From NCBI RefSeq assembly GCF_037042905.1, contig NW_026974140.1, forward strand, positions 1 through 64,000: DNA of 64,000 nucleotides, in the 5' to 3' direction. The notes below the pieces were generated by a model that saw only the letters and a program-made list of their open reading frames with translations, did not search any database and was not told where the DNA came from. Origin of the DNA: Lytechinus pictus. Its lineage: Eukaryota. Positions 1-13,600 of this stretch are shown one piece after another; within the stretch, counting starts at the first letter, position 1, and each line of letters starts with the position of its first letter. A program made the position numbers and the translations under genes.

Positions 1-48
1 TTTTAAAATAAAGCTCATGGAATTCTTCAAAAAAATGTAATCAGGTAT

Positions 49-450
49 TTGTCTTCAAAATCTCGCCTTAATGGTTTAAATCGCCATTTAAGTCTAAGTG
101 TTTATTTGGTGAAAGAGTTTGGATTATTTCTTCAATTACTTGTTGCGTTCTATTCTCTCTTTCATGATCTCAGGTTAAATCCTCGGTCGAAAAATGGAAA
201 AGTAAATTCATATGAATATAACTATTTTCCTTGAGATATACTTCTTAGTAGCAAACAAATGGTTTCCCGTTAGTAATTTCTAGCCAATGTCAAAGCTTTT
301 AATAAACCTTCATAATTAGTGTTTGTATAAATTCTTCATTTCCAATGCAAACTTTGATTAGCGATAACTTGAAATCCACTTGTGCTCCAAATTTCATTCT
401 TCTTTTAAAATAAAGCTCATGGAATTCTTCAAAAAAATGTAATCAGGTAT
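49..450. repeat. Representative S monomer (402 bp)
   Basis: Repeats at 451 with only a few substitutions; carries the junction GTGTTTATTTGGTGAA|AGAGTTTGG. Confidence 0.97.
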
Positions 451-853
451 TTGTCTTCAAAATCTCGGCCTAATGGTTTAAATCGCCATTTAAGTCTAAG
501 TGTTTATTTGGTGAAAGAGTTTGGGTTATTTCTTCAATTACTTGTTGCGTTCTATTCTCTCTTTCATGATCTCAGGTTAAATCCTCGGTCGAAAAATGGA
601 AAAGTAAATTCATATGAATATAACTATTTTCCTTGAGATATACTTCTTAGTAGCAAACAAATGGTTTCCCGTTAGTAATTTCTAGCCAATGTCAAAGCTT
701 TTAATAAAACTTCATAATTAGTGTTTGTATAAATTCTTCATTTCCAATGCAAACTTTGATTAGCGATAACTTGAAATCCACTTGTGCTCCAAATTTCATT
801 CTTCTTTTAAAATAAAGCTCATGGAATTCTTCAAATATGATGTATTCAGGTAT

Positions 854-1675
854 TTGTCTTCAAAATATCGCCTTAATGGTTTAAATCGCCATTAAAGTCT
901 AAGTGTTCATTTGCTGAATTTTGGACAGTCAACGATCGTGTGTACGTATGCTTATCCATATTAGATTAAACCTGTGGTTTGGTATATTTTATATTGTCTC
1001 AAAAGTAAAAGCTTGATGATTCTTACATTTTTTCACCACATATGCAGTAACCTTATTTGGGAGATAAATGAACATATATATATTTTTGTTTTTATTCAAA
1101 ACGATTCAATTCATGGTCTTACTATTTGGATTACATCGACAAAAATGATAACCCGGTGCGTCTAGTGCTTTGCAGGCAGCTACAGTTCGCAACGATATTC
1201 AGCAAGATCATCTCGCGTAATTTGCGTGCAAAATGTTCCGAGCTTCGCCGAAGAGACGGCGTATTTAGAGATTCCTTACAAGTCCTTAATTGCTCTGGTC
1301 TACCTTTTGCTGTACTAGTGATAAATAATTTTTTTTCAAAGAGTTTGGATTATTTTTTCAATTACTTGTTGCGTTCTATTCTCTCTTTCATGATCTCAGG
1401 TTAAATCCTCGGTCGAAAAATGGAAAAGTTAATTCATATGAATATAACTATTTTCCTTGAGATATACTTCTTAGTAGCAAACAAATGGTTTCCCGTTAGT
1501 AATTTCTAGCCACTGTCAAAGCTTTTAATAAAACTTCATAATTAGTGTTTGTATAAATTCTTCATTTCCAATGCAAACTTTGATTAGCGATAACTTGAAA
1601 TCCACTTGTGCTCCAAATTTCATTCTTCTTTTAGAATAAAGCTCATGGAATTCTTCAAAAAATGTAATCAGGTAT
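854..1675. repeat. Representative L monomer (~823 bp) = S plus a 421-bp block (919-1339)
   Basis: Shares all S sequence; between GCTGAA (918) and AGAGTTTGG (1340) there are 421 extra bp found in every complete L. Confidence 0.97.
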
Positions 1676-4600
1676 TTGTTTTCAAAATCTCGGCCTAATG
1701 GTTTAAATCGCCATTTAAGTCTAAGTGTTTATTTGGTGAAAGAGTTTGGGTTATTTCTTCAATTACTTGTTGCGTTCTATTCTCTCTTTCATGATCTCAG
1801 GTTAAATCCTCGGTCGAAAAATGGAAAAGTAAATTCATATGAATATAACTATTTTCCTTGAGATATACTTCTTAGTAGCAAACAAATGGTTTCCCGTTAG
1901 TAATTTCTAGCCAATGTCAAAGCTTTTAATAAAACTTCATAATTAGTGTTTGTATAAATTCTTCATTTCCAATGCAAACTTTGATTAGCGATAACTTGAA
2001 ATCCACTTGTGCTCCAAATTTCATTCTTCTTTTAAAATAAAGCTCATGGAATTCTTCAAATATGATGTAATCAGGTATTTGTCTTCAAAATCTCGCCTTA
2101 ATGGTTTAAATCGCCATTAAAGTCTAAGTGTTCATTTGCTGAATTTTGGACAGTCAGCGATCGTGTGTACGTATGCTTATCCATATTAGATTAAACCTGT
2201 GGTTTGGTATATTTTATCTTGTCTCAAAAGTAAAAGCTTGATGATTCTTACATTTTTTCACCACATATGCAGTAACCTTATTTGGGAGATCAATGAACAT
2301 ATATATCCTTTTGTTTTTATTCAAAACGATTCAATTCATGGTCTTACTATTTGGATTACATCGACAAAAAATGATAACCCGGTGCGTCTAGTGCTTTGCA
2401 GGCAGCTACAGTTCGCAACGATATTCAGCAAGATCATCTCGCGTAATTTGCGTGCAAAATGTTCCAAGCTTCGCCGAAGAGACGGCGTATTTAGAGATTC
2501 CTTACAAGTCCTTAATTGCTCTGGTCTACCTTTTGCTGTACTAGTGATAAATAATTTTTTTTCAAAGAGTTTGGGTTATTTTTTCAATTACTTGTTGCGT
2601 TCTATTCTCTCTTTCATGATCTCAGGTTAAATCCTCGGTCGAAAAATGGAAAAGTAAATTCATATGAATACAACTATTTTCCTTGAGATATACTTCTTAG
2701 TAGCAAACAAATGGTTTCCCGTTAGTAATTTCTAGCCACTGTCAAAGCTTTTAATAAAACTTCATAATTAGTGTTTGTATAAATTCTTCATTTCCAATGC
2801 AAACTTTGATTAGCGATAACTTGAAATCCACTTGTGCTCCAAATTTCATTCTTCTTTTAAAATAAAGCTCATGGAATTCTTCAAAAAAATGTAATCAGGT
2901 ATTTGTCTTCAAAATCTCGGCCTAATGGTTTAAATCGCCATTTAAGTCTAAGTGTTTATTTGGTGAAAGAGTTTGGGTTATTTCTTCAATTACTTGTTGC
3001 GTTCTATTCTCTCTTTCATGATCTCAGGTTAAATCCTCGGTCGAAAAATGGACAAGTAAATTCATATGAATATAACTATTTTCCTTGAGATATACTTCTT
3101 AGTAGCAAACAAATGGTTTCCCGTTAGTAATTTCTAGCCACTGTCAAAGCTTTTAATAAAACTTCATAATTAGTGTTTGTATAAATTCTTCATTTCCAAT
3201 GCAAACTTTGATTAGCGATAACTTGAAATCCACTTGTGCTCCAAATTTCATTCTTCTTTTAGAATAAAGCTCATGGAATTCTTCAAAAAATGTAATCAGG
3301 TATTTGTCTTCAAAATCTCGGCCTAATGGTTTAAATCGCCATTTAAGTCTAAGTGTTTATTTGGTGAAAGAGTTTGGGTTATTTCTTCAATTATATGTTG
3401 CGTTCTATTCTCTCTTTCATGATCTCAGGTTAAATCCTCGGTCGAAAAATGGAAAAGTAAATTCATATGAATATAACTATTTTCCTTGAGATATACTTCT
3501 TAGTAGCAAACAAATGGTTTCCCGTTAGTAATTTCTAGCCAATGTCAAAGCTTTTAATAAAACTTCATAATTAGTGTTTGTATAAATTCTTCATTTCCAA
3601 TGCAAACTTTGATTAGCGATAACTTGAAATCCACTTGTGCTCCAAATTTCATTCTTCTTTTAAAATAAAGCTCATGGAATTCTTCAAATATGATGTAATC
3701 AGGTATTTGTCTTCAAAATATCGCCTTAATGGTTTAAATTGCAAGTAAAGTCTAAGTGTTCATTTGCTGAATTTTGGACAGTCAGCGATCGTGTGTACGT
3801 ATGCTTATCCATATTAGATTAAACCTGTGGTTTGGTATATTTTATCTTGTCTCAAAAGTAAAAGCTTGATGATTCTTACATTTTTTCACCACATATGCAG
3901 TAACCTTATTTGGGAGATCAATGAACATATATATCCTTTTGTTTTTATTCAAAACGATCCAATTCATGGTCTTACTATTTGGATTATATCGACAAAAATG
4001 ATAACCCAGGGCGTCTAGTGCTTTGCAGGCAGCTACAGTTCGCAACGATATTCAGCAAGATCATCTCGCGTAATTTGCGTGCAAAATGTTCCGAGCTTCG
4101 CCGAAGAGACGGCGTATTTAGAGATTCCTTACAAGTCCTTAATTGCTCTGGTCTACCTTTTGCTGTACTAGTGATAAATAATTTTTTTTCAAAGAGTTTG
4201 GATTATTTTTTCAATTACTTGTTGCGTTCTATTCTCTCTTTCATGATCTCAGGTTAAATCCTCGGTCGAAAAATGGAAAAGTTAATTCATATGAATATAA
4301 CTATTTTCCTTGAGATATACTTCTTAGTAGCAAACAAATGGTTTCCCGTTAGTAATTTCTAGCCACTGTCAAAGCTTTTAATAAAACTTCGTAATTAGTG
4401 TTTGTATAAATTCTTCATTTCCAATGCAAACTTTGATTAGCGATAACTTGAAATCCACTTGTGCTCCAAATTTCATTCTTCTTTTAAAATAAAGCTCATG
4501 GAATTCTTCAAAAAAATGTAATTAGGTATTTGTCTTCAAAATCTCGCCTTAATGGTTTAAATCGCCATTAAAGTCTAAGTGTTCATTTGCTGAATTTTGG

Positions 4601-7600
4601 ACAGTCAGCGATCGTGTGTACGTATGCTTATCCATATTAGATTAAACCTGTGGTTTGGTATATTTTATCTTGTCTCAAAAGTAAAAGCTTGATGATTCTT
4701 ACATTTTTTCACCACATATGCAGTAACCTTATTTGGGAGATCAATGAACATATATATCCTTTTGTTTTTATTCAAAACGATTCAATTCATGGTCTTACTA
4801 TTTGGATTACATCGACAAAAAATGATAACCCGGTGCGTCTAGTGCTTTGCAGGCAGCTACAGTTCGCAACGATATTCAGCAAGATCATCTCGCGTAATTT
4901 GCGTGCAAAATGTTCCGAGCTTCGCCGAAGAGACGGCGTATTTAGAGATTCCTTACAAGTCCTTAATTGCTCTGGTCTACCTTTTGCTGTACTAGTGATA
5001 AATAATTTTTTTTCAAAGAGTTTGGGTTATTTCTTCAATTACTTGTTGCGTTCTATTCTCTCTTTCATGATCTCAGGTTAAATCCTCGGTCGAAAAATGG
5101 AAAAGTAAATTCATATGAATATAACTATTTTCCTTGAGATATACTTCTTAGTAGCAAACAAATGGTTTCCCGTTAGTAATTTCTAGCCAATGTCAAAGCT
5201 TTTAATAAAACTTCATAATTAGTGTTTGTATAAATTCTTCATTTCCAATGCAAACTTTGATTAGCGATAACTTGAAATCCACTTGTGCTCCAAATTTCAT
5301 TCTTCTTTTAAAATAAAGCTCATGGAATTCTTCAAAAAAATGTAATCAGGTATTTGTCTTCAAAATCTCGGCCTAATGGTTTAAATCGCCATTTAAGTCT
5401 AAGTGTTTATTTGGTGAAAGAGTTTGGGTTATTTCTTCAATTACTTGTTGCGTTCTATTCTCTCTTTCATGATCTCAGGTTAAATCCTCGGTCGAAAAAT
5501 GGAAAAGTAAATTCATATGAATATAACTATTTTCCTTGAGATATACTTCTTAGTAGCAAACAAATGGTTTCCCGTTAGTAATTTCTAGCCAATGTCAAAG
5601 CTTTTAATAAAACTTCATAATTAGTGTTTGTATAAATTCTTCATTTCCAATGCAAACTTTGATTAGCGATAACTTGAAATCCACTTGTGCTCCAAATTTC
5701 ATTCTTCTTTTAAAATAAAGCTCATGGAATTCTTCAAATATGATGTATTCAGGTATTTGTCTTCAAAATATCGCCTTAATGGTTTAAATCGCCATTAAAG
5801 TCTAAGTGTTCATTTGCTGAATTTTGGACAGTCAACGATCGTGTGTACGTATGCTTATCCATATTAGATTAAACCTGTGGTTTGGTATATTTTATATTGT
5901 CTCAAAAGTAAAAGCTTGATGATTCTTACATTTTTTCACCACATATGCAGTAACCTTATTTGGGAGATAAATGAACATATGTATATTTTTGTTTTTATTC
6001 AAAACGATTCAATTCATGGTCTTACTATTTGGATTACATCGACAAAAATGATAACCCGGTGCGTCTAGTGCTTTGCAGGCAGCTACAGTTCGCAACGATA
6101 TTCAGCAAGATCATCTCGCGTAATTTGCGTGCAAAATGTTCCGAGCTTCGCCGAAGAGACGGCGTATTTAGAGATTCCTTACAAGTCCTTAATTGCTCTG
6201 GTCTACCTTTTGCTGTACTAGTGATAAATAATTTTTTTTCAAAGAGTTTGGATTATTTTTTCAATTACTTGTTGCGTTCTATTCTCTCTTTCATGATCTC
6301 AGGTTAAATCCTCGGTCGAAAAATGGAAAAGTTAATTCATATGAATATAACTATTTTCCTTGAGATATACTTCTTAGTAGCAAACAAATGGTTTCCCGTT
6401 AGTAATTTCTAGCCACTGTCAAAGCTTTTAATAAAACTTCATAATTAGTGTTTGTATAAATTCTTCATTTCCAATGCAAACTTTGATTAGCGATAACTTG
6501 AAATCCACTTGTGCTCCAAATTTCATTCTTCTTTTAAAATAAAGCTCATGGAATTCTTCAAAAAAATGTAATCAGGTATTTGTCTTCAAAATCTCGGCCT
6601 AATGGTTTAAATCGCCATTTAAGTCTAAGTGTTTATTTGGTGAAAGAGTTTGGGTTATTTCTTCAATTACTTGTTGCGTTCTATTCTCTCTTTCATGATC
6701 TCAGGTTAAATCCTCGGTCGAAAAATGGACAAGTAAATTCATATGAATATAACTATTTTCCTTGAGATATACTTCTTAGTAGCAAACAAATGGTTTCCCG
6801 TTAGTAATTTCTAGCCAATGTCAAAGCTTTTAATAAAACTTCATAATTAGTGTTTGTATAAATTCTTCATTTCCAATGCAAACTTTGATTAGCGATAACT
6901 TGAAATCCACTTGTGCTCCAAATTTCATTCTTCTTTTAAAATAAAGCTCATGGAATTCTTCAAATATGATGTAATCAGGTATTTGTCTTCAAAATCTCGC
7001 CTTAATGGTTTAAATCGCCATTAAAGTCTAAGTGTTCATTTGCTGAATTTTGGACAGTCAACGATCGTGTGTACGTATGCTTATCCATATTAGATTAAAC
7101 CTGTGGTTTGGTATATTTTATATTGTCTCAAAAGTAAAAGCTTGATGATTCTTACATTTTTTCACCACATATGCAGTAACCTTATTTGGGAGATAAATGA
7201 ACATATATATATTTTTGTTTTTATTCAAAACGATTCAATTCATGGTCTTACTATTTGGATTACATCGACAAAAATGATAACCCGGTGCGTCTAGTGCTTT
7301 GCAGGCAGCTACAGTTCGCAACGATATTCAGCAAGATCATCTCGCGTAATTTGCGTGCAAAATGTTCCGAGCTTCGCCGAAGAGACGGCGTATTTAGAGA
7401 TTCCTTACAAGTCCTTAATTGCTCTGGTCTACCTTTTGCTGTACTAGTGATAAATAATTTTTTTTCAAAGAGTTTGGATTATTTTTTCAATTACTTGTTG
7501 CGTTCTATTCTCTCTTTCATGATCTCAGGTTAAATCCTCGGTCGAAAAATGGAAAAGTTAATTCATATGAATATAACTATTTTCCTTGAGATATACTTCT

Positions 7601-10600
7601 TAGTAGCAAACAAATGGTTTCCCGTTAGTAATTTCTAGCCACTGTCAAAGCTTTTAATAAAACTTCATAATTAGTGTTTGTATAAATTCTTCATTTCCAA
7701 TGCAAACTTTGATTAGCGATAACTTGAAATCCACTTGTGCTCCAAATTTCATTCTTCTTTTAGAATAAAGCTCATGGAATTCTTCAAAAAATGTAATCAG
7801 GTATTTGTCTTCAAAATCTCGGCCTAATGGTTTAAATCGCCATTTAAGTCTAAGTGTTTATTTGGTGAAAGAGTTTGGGTTATTTCTTCAATTACTTGTT
7901 GCGTTCTATTCTCTCTTTCATGATCTCAGGTTAAATCCTCGGTCGAAAAATGGAAAAGTAAATTCATATGAATATAACTATTTTCCTTGAGATATACTTC
8001 TTAGTAGCAAACAAATGGTTTCCCGTTAGTAATTTCTAGCCAATGTCAAAGCTTTTAATAAAACTTCATAATTAGTGTTTGTATAAATTCTTCATTTCCA
8101 ATGCAAACTTTGATTAGCGATAACTTGAAATCCACTTGTGCTCCAAATTTCATTCTTCTTTTAAAATAAAGCTCATGGAATTCTTCAAATATGATGTAAT
8201 CAGGTATTTGTCTTCAAAATCTCGCCTTAATGGTTTAAATCGCCATTAAAGTCTAAGTGTTCATTTGCTGAATTTTGGACAGTCAGCGATCGTGTGTACG
8301 TATGCTTATCCATATTAGATTAAACCTGTGGTTTGGTATATTTTATCTTGTCTCAAAAGTAAAAGCTTGATGATTCTTACATTTTTTCACCACATATGCA
8401 GTAACCTTATTTGGGAGATCAATGAACATATATATCCTTTTGTTTTTATTCAAAACGATTCAATTCATGGTCTTACTATTTGGATTACATCGACAAAAAA
8501 TGATAACCCGGTGCGTCTAGTGCTTTGCAGGCAGCTACAGTTCGCAACGATATTCAGCAAGATCATCTCGCGTAATTTGCGTGCAAAATGTTCCAAGCTT
8601 CGCCGAAGAGACGGCGTATTTAGAGATTCCTTACAAGTCCTTAATTGCTCTGGTCTACCTTTTGCTGTACTAGTGATAAATAATTTTTTTTCAAAGAGTT
8701 TGGGTTATTTTTTCAATTACTTGTTGCGTTCTATTCTCTCTTTCATGATCTCAGGTTAAATCCTCGGTCGAAAAATGGAAAAGTAAATTCATATGAATAC
8801 AACTATTTTCCTTGAGATATACTTCTTAGTAGCAAACAAATGGTTTCCCGTTAGTAATTTCTAGCCACTGTCAAAGCTTTTAATAAAACTTCATAATTAG
8901 TGTTTGTATAAATTCTTCATTTCCAATGCAAACTTTGATTAGCGATAACTTGAAATCCACTTGTGCTCCAAATTTCATTCTTCTTTTAAAATAAAGCTCA
9001 TGGAATTCTTCAAAAAAATGTAATCAGGTATTTGTCTTCAAAATCTCGGCCTAATGGTTTAAATCGCCATTTAAGTCTAAGTGTTTATTTGATGAAAGAG
9101 TTTGGGTTATTTCTTCAATTACTTGTTGCGTTCTATTCTCTCTTTCATGATCTCAGGTTAAATCCTCGGTCGAAAAATGGACAAGTAAATTCATATGAAT
9201 ATAACTATTTTCCTTGAGATATACTTCTTAGTAGCAAACAAATGGTTTCCCGTTAGTAATTTCTAGCCACTGTCAAAGCTTTTAATAAAACTTCATAATT
9301 AGTGTTTGTATAAATTCTTCATTTCCAATGCAAACTTTGATTAGCGATAACTTGAAATCCACTTGTGCTCCAAATTTCATTCTTCTTTTAGAATAAAGCT
9401 CATGGAATTCTTCAAAAAATGTAATCAGGTATTTGTCTTCAAAATCTCGGCCTAATGGTTTAAATCGCCATTTAAGTCTAAGTGTTTATTTGGTGAAAGA
9501 GTTTGGGTTATTTCTTCAATTACTTGTTGCGTTCTATTCTCTCTTTCATGATCTCAGGTTAAATCCTCGGTCGAAAAATGGAAAAGTAAATTCATATGAA
9601 TATAACTATTTTCCTTGAGATATACTTCTTAGTAGCAAACAAATGGTTTCCCGTTAGTAATTTCTAGCCAATGTCAAAGCTTTTAATAAAACTTCATAAT
9701 TAGTGTTTGTATAAATTCTTCATTTCCAATGCAAACTTTGATTAGCGATAACTTGAAATCCACTTGTGCTCCAAATTTCATTCTTCTTTTAAAATAAAGC
9801 TCATGGAATTCTTCAAATATGATGTAATCAGGTATTTGTCTTCAAAATATCGCCTTAATGGTTTAAATTGCAAGTAAAGTCTAAGTGTTCATTTGCTGAA
9901 TTTTGGACAGTCAGCGATCGTGTGTACGTATGCTTATCCATATTAGATTAAACCTGTGGTTTGGTATATTTTATCTTGTCTCAAAAGTAAAAGCTTGATG
10001 ATTCTTACATTTTTTCACCACATATGCAGTAACCTTATTTGGGAGATCAATGAACATATATATCCTTTTGTTTTTATTCAAAACGATCCAATTCATGGTC
10101 TTACTATTTGGATTATATCGACAAAAATGATAACCCAGGGCGTCTAGTGCTTTGCAGGCAGCTACAGTTCGCAACGATATTCAGCAAGATCATCTCGCGT
10201 AATTTGCGTGCAAAATGTTCCGAGCTTCGCCGAAGAGACGGCGTATTTAGAGATTCCTTACAAGTCCTTAATTGCTCTGGTCTACCTTTTGCTGTACTAG
10301 TGATAAATAATTTTTTTTCAAAGAGTTTGGATTATTTTTTCAATTACTTGTTGCGTTCTATTCTCTCTTTCATGATCTCAGGTTAAATCCTCGGTCGAAA
10401 AATGGAAAAGTTAATTCATATGAATATAACTATTTTCCTTGAGATATACTTCTTAGTAGCAAACAAATGGTTTCCCGTTAGTAATTTCTAGCCACTGTCA
10501 AAGCTTTTAATAAAACTTCGTAATTAGTGTTTGTATAAATTCTTCATTTCCAATGCAAACTTTGATTAGCGATAACTTGAAATCCACTTGTGCTCCAAAT

Positions 10601-13600
10601 TTCATTCTTCTTTTAAAATAAAGCTCATGGAATTCTTCAAAAAAATGTAATCAGGTATTTGTCTTCAAAATCTCGCCTTAATGGTTTAAATCGCCATTAA
10701 AGTCTAAGTGTTCATTTGCTGAATTTTGGACAGTCAGCGATCGTGTGTACGTATGCTTATCCATATTAGATTAAACCTGTGGTTTGGTATATTTTATCTT
10801 GTCTCAAAAGTAAAAGCTTGATGATTCTTACATTTTTTCACCACATATGCAGTAACCTTATTTGGGAGATCAATGAACATATATATCCTTTTGTTTTTAT
10901 TCAAAACGATCCAATTCATGGTCTTACTATTTGGATTATATCGACAAAAATGATAACCCAGGGCGTCTAGTGCTTTGCAGGCAGCTACAGTTCGCAACGA
11001 TATTCAGCAAGATCATCTCGCGTAATTTGCGTGCAAAATGTTCCGAGCTTCGCCGAAGAGACGGCGTATTTAGAGATTCCTTACAAGTCCTTAATTGCTC
11101 TGGTCTACCTTTTGCTGTACTAGTGATAAATAATTTTTTTTCAAAGAGTTTGGATTATTTTTTCAATTACTTGTTGCGTTCTATTCTCTCTTTCATGATC
11201 TCAGGTTAAATCCTCGGTCGAAAAATGGAAAAGTTAATTCATATGAATATAACTATTTTCCTTGAGATATACTTCTTAGTAGCAAACAAATGGTTTCCCG
11301 TTAGTAATTTCTAGCCACTGTCAAAGCTTTTAATAAAACTTCGTAATTAGTGTTTGTATAAATTCTTCATTTCCAATGCAAACTTTGATTAGCGATAACT
11401 TGAAATCCACTTGTGCTCCAAATTTCATTCTTCTTTTAAAATAAAGCTCATGGAATTCTTCAAAAAAATGTAATCAGGTATTTGTCTTCAAAATCTCGCC
11501 TTAATGGTTTAAATCGCCATTTAAGTCTAAGTGTTTATTTGGTGAAAGAGTTTGGATTATTTCTTCAATTACTTGTTGCGTTCTATTCTCTCTTTCATGA
11601 TCTCAGGTTAAATCCTCGGTCGAAAAATGGAAAAGTAAATTCATATGAATATAACTATTTTCCTTGAGATATACTTCTTAGTAGCAAACAAATGGTTTCC
11701 CGTTAGTAATTTCTAGCCAATGTCAAAGCTTTTAATAAAACTTCATAATTAGTGTTTGTATAAATTCTTCATTTCCAATGCAAACTTTGATTAGCGATAA
11801 CTTGAAATCCACTTGTGCTCCAAATTTCATTCTTCTTTTAAAATAAAGCTCATGGAATTCTTCAAAAAAATGTAATCAGGTATTTGTCTTCAAAATCTCG
11901 GCCTAATGGTTTAAATCGCCATTTAAGTCTAAGTGTTTATTTGGTGAAAGAGTTTGGGTTATTTCTTCAATTACTTGTTGCGTTCTATTCTCTCTTTCAT
12001 GATCTCAGGTTAAATCCTCGGTCGAAAAATGGAAAAGTAAATTCATATGAATATAACTATTTTCCTTGAGATATACTTCTTAGTAGCAAACAAATGGTTT
12101 CCCGTTAGTAATTTCTAGCCAATGTCAAAGCTTTTAATAAAACTTCATAATTAGTGTTTGTATAAATTCTTCATTTCCAATGCAAACTTTGATTAGCGAT
12201 AACTTGAAATCCACTTGTGCTCCAAATTTCATTCTTCTTTTAAAATAAAGCTCATGGAATTCTTCAAATATGATGTAATCAGGTATTTGTCTTCAAAATC
12301 TCGCCTTAATGGTTTAAATCGCCATTAAAGTCTAAGTGTTCATTTGCTGAATTTTGGACAGTCAACGATCGTGTGTACGTATGCTTATCCATATTAGATT
12401 AAACCTGTGGTTTGGTATATTTTATATTGTCTCAAAAGTAAAAGCTTGATGATTCTTACATTTTTTCACCACATATGCAGTAACCTTATTTGGGAGATAA
12501 ATGAACATATATATTTTTTTGTTTTTATTCAAAACGATTCAATTCATGGTCTTACTATTTGGATTACATCGACAAAAATGATAACCCGGTGCGTCTAGTG
12601 CTTTGCAGGCAGCTACAGTTCGCAACGATATTCAGCAAGATCATCTCGCGTAATTTGCGTGCAAAATGTTCCAAGCTTCGCCGAAGAGACGGCGTATTTA
12701 GAGATTCCTTACAAGTCCTTAATTGCTCTGGTCTACCTTTTGCTGTACTAGTGATAAATAATTTTTTTTCAAAGAGTTTGGGTTATTTTTTCAATTACTT
12801 GTTGCGTTCTATTCTCTCTTTCATGATCTCAGGTTAAATCCTCGGTCGAAAAATGGAAAAGTAAATTCATATGAATACAACTATTTTCCTTGAGATATAC
12901 TTCTTAGTAGCAAACAAATGGTTTCCCGTTAGTAATTTCTAGCCACTGTCAAAGCTTTTAATAAAACTTCATAATTAGTGTTTGTATAAATTCTTCATTT
13001 CCAATGCAAACTTTGATTAGCGATAACTTGAAATCCACTTGTGCTCCAAATTTCATTCTTCTTTTAAAATAAAGCTCATGGAATTCTTCAAAAAAATGTA
13101 ATCAGGTATTTGTCTTCAAAATCTCGGCCTAATGGTTTAAATCGCCATTTAAGTCTAAGTGTTTATTTGGTGAAAGAGTTTGGGTTATTTCTTCAATTAC
13201 TTGTTGCGTTCTATTCTCTCTTTCATGATCTCAGGTTAAATCCTCGGTCGAAAAATGGACAAGTAAATTCATATGAATATAACTATTTTCCTTGAGATAT
13301 ACTTCTTAGTAGCAAACAAATGGTTTCCCGTTAGTAATTTCTAGCCAATGTCAAAGCTTTTAATAAAACTTCATAATTAGTGTTTGTATAAATTCTTCAT
13401 TTCCAATGCAAACTTTGATTAGCGATAACTTGAAATCCACTTGTGCTCCAAATTTCATTCTTCTTTTAAAATAAAGCTCATGGAATTCTTCAAATATGAT
13501 GTATTCAGGTATTTGTCTTCAAAATATCGCCTTAATGGTTTAAATCGCCATTAAAGTCTAAGTGTTCATTTGCTGAATTTTGGACAGTCAACGATCGTGT

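Noticed and set aside
460..510. U2 snRNA-like TCTCGGCCT...AAGTGT, or a 5S/tRNA/snRNA tandem cluster
   Set aside because: Only a short match present in one allele class; the rest of U2, 5S or a tRNA cloverleaf is not recognisable. An Infernal/Rfam scan would settle it.
1236..1262. CENP-B box in GCTTCGCCGAAGAGACGGCG
   Set aside because: Does not fit TTCG-N4-A-N2-CGGG on either strand.
919..1341. 421-bp block as an intron (S as a spliced, retrocopied L)
   Set aside because: It ends in a T-run plus CAAAG, but there is no GT/GC donor at the 5' junction and no GT-AG on the minus strand.
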